From Myxococcales bacterium (GTDB taxonomy: Bacteria; Myxococcota_A; Polyangia; Polyangiales; Polyangiaceae), in contig JANNWK010001141.1 of the NCBI GenBank assembly GCA_031408355.1, positions 1-40,887 of the forward strand: a DNA stretch of 40,887 nt, written 5' to 3'. The translations under genes and the position numbers were made by a program. The notes beneath the pieces were generated by a model that searched no databases, was not told the origin of the DNA, and worked only from the letters and a program-made list of their open reading frames with translations. Below, piece after piece: positions 35,909-40,887 of this stretch (positions are counted from its first letter, which is position 1; each line of letters begins with the position of its first letter).

Positions 35909-37015
35909 CTAGAAGGCGACGTCGACGTGGAGCCGAATGCCGCCGATCCCGCTGTCGCCCAGGCTGCCGCCGAGCGGCGCAATGTAGCTCACGTTCGGCG
36001 AAATCTTGCCGAAGCGAGCGCCCAAGCGCGGCTCGAGGACGGCCTGGACCGGGCTCGGGGGCGTGGCGTTCTGGGATGATTCGAACTCGAACGTGTCGAT
36101 GGCGGTCCAGACGAGCGCGAAATCGAGCCCGCCATACACGATAGGGCTGTCCAGGAAGTTGTAGCTACCGCCCAGGCTCGTGACCTCGCGCAGCGCGACC
36201 GAGTTGAGCTTGTACGTGCCGTTGCCATCGGGGTCATCGGGCGCCGCGACGTCGGTGCCCAGGGCCGGCAGGACGACGAACTTGGCGTGCGCGTGCAGCT
36301 CGAAGTCCTGGCGCTCATGGCGGATCCCGCCGCCGACCACGACGGGCAGACGCTTCGGCTGAAACAGCTCGCTGTTCTGCCAGCCGCTCGCCGCGTCAGC
36401 GACTCGGTTGGCCATGCCTTGAGCCACGCCCGCGCGATCATTGCTGGTGAGGTCAGGGTTGCCCTGCGCGACCGGGATGCCGAGGCCAAACGTGATGGGC
36501 ACGTGGGTCAGCTTGCTCAGCGCGACGCGGTACTCGCCGAACAGCTCGGGAGCGCCCAGCGCCTGGGAGCTGAGCCCCTTGCCGTCGCTTTGCTTGACCG
36601 TGGCGGTCGTCCACGGCAGCCGAAGCCCCGCCGTGAACTGCGGGCTGACGTCGTAGCTACCTCCGGCCTGCAGCGTGACAGCGGTCGCGCTACCGCTGCT
36701 CACGTTGGTCGGGCTGGGCAGCGGGACCTTGCCGAAGCCGATGAGGACCTCTCCGAAGACGCTAATTTTGTCGCGCTTTCGCCCCTTGTCGACCTTGGCG
36801 GGGCCGGGCGCCACCACCGGCTCGTCGGGCTCCTCGCTCTTGGGGGTGAACGGACCTTTGTCACTCTTTTCGCTCTCCGCCGGGTCGGCTCCCGTCGTGG
36901 ACATGCTGGCCCCGGGCTTGGTCGCCGCCTTCGGGCCCGCCTTGGGTTTTTTCTGCGCTGCCGCGCTGCTGGCGAGGAAAATCAGGGAAAGGGCGAGGGT
37001 AAAAGGTCGACGCAT
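35909..37015 (-). CDS. Hypothetical exported protein, probable outer-membrane beta-barrel
   Basis: Signal peptide (AAA-Q), K/P-rich linker, amphipathic beta-strands, C-terminal IRLHVDVAF ending in Phe. Confidence 0.68.
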   Translation of the reverse strand: MRRPFTLALSLIFLASSAAAQKKPKAGPKAATKPGASMSTTGADPAESEKSDKGPFTPKSEEPDEPVVAPGPAKVDKGRKRDKISVFGEVLIGFGKVPLPSPTNVSSGSATAVTLQAGGSYDVSPQFTAGLRLPWTTATVKQSDGKGLSSQALGAPELFGEYRVALSKLTHVPITFGLGIPVAQGNPDLTSNDRAGVAQGMANRVADAASGWQNSELFQPKRLPVVVGGGIRHERQDFELHAHAKFVVLPALGTDVAAPDDPDGNGTYKLNSVALREVTSLGGSYNFLDSPIVYGGLDFALVWTAIDTFEFESSQNATPPSPVQAVLEPRLGARFGKISPNVSYIAPLGGSLGDSGIGGIRLHVDVAF

Positions 37016-37092
37016 TCATGGCCTCCGAGCGTTTTCGCGCGCGACGTTACCATGTGATCCGAAAACAAGAGTAGCCTACCGACCTCCTCGCG

Positions 37093-40887
<3,795 letters not shown>

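Overview
A gene-dense, high-GC bacterial chromosome segment with about 30 CDS. Two are cut by the window edges and are missing from the ORF track: a Kelch lipoprotein on the left and a Ser/Thr kinase-STAND-TPR protein on the right. A MYXO-CTERM sorting signal, a TIGR02266-type PilZ protein, Gly/Cys-rich lipoproteins and the multidomain kinase point to Myxococcota, probably Polyangiaceae-like (inference). Most genes are housekeeping or envelope genes (pip, ilvE, folB, tsaE, mlaE, nadA, thyX, proC, dnaJ, GH3, beta-carbonic anhydrase) or lineage-specific lipoproteins. I saw no tRNA, rRNA, CRISPR array or mobile element, and no obvious multi-gene novel system. The best leads are: (1) a probable stand-alone ~55-nt sRNA at 31.0 kb (sigma70-like promoter, one hairpin with a UC8 loop, U6 tail); (2) an IlvE-like enzyme whose conserved PLP-pyridine Glu is replaced by Ser; (3) a giant CtpH/CtpI-type P-type ATPase made of a degenerate P1B-like relic fused to an intact P2A-like pump; (4) an orphan four-His SdhC-type cytochrome b; (5) a kinase/pseudo-cyclase/STAND/TPR protein; (6) an anti-SD hairpin over the Kelch gene start. 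All calls come from manual translation and motif reading; no searches were run.
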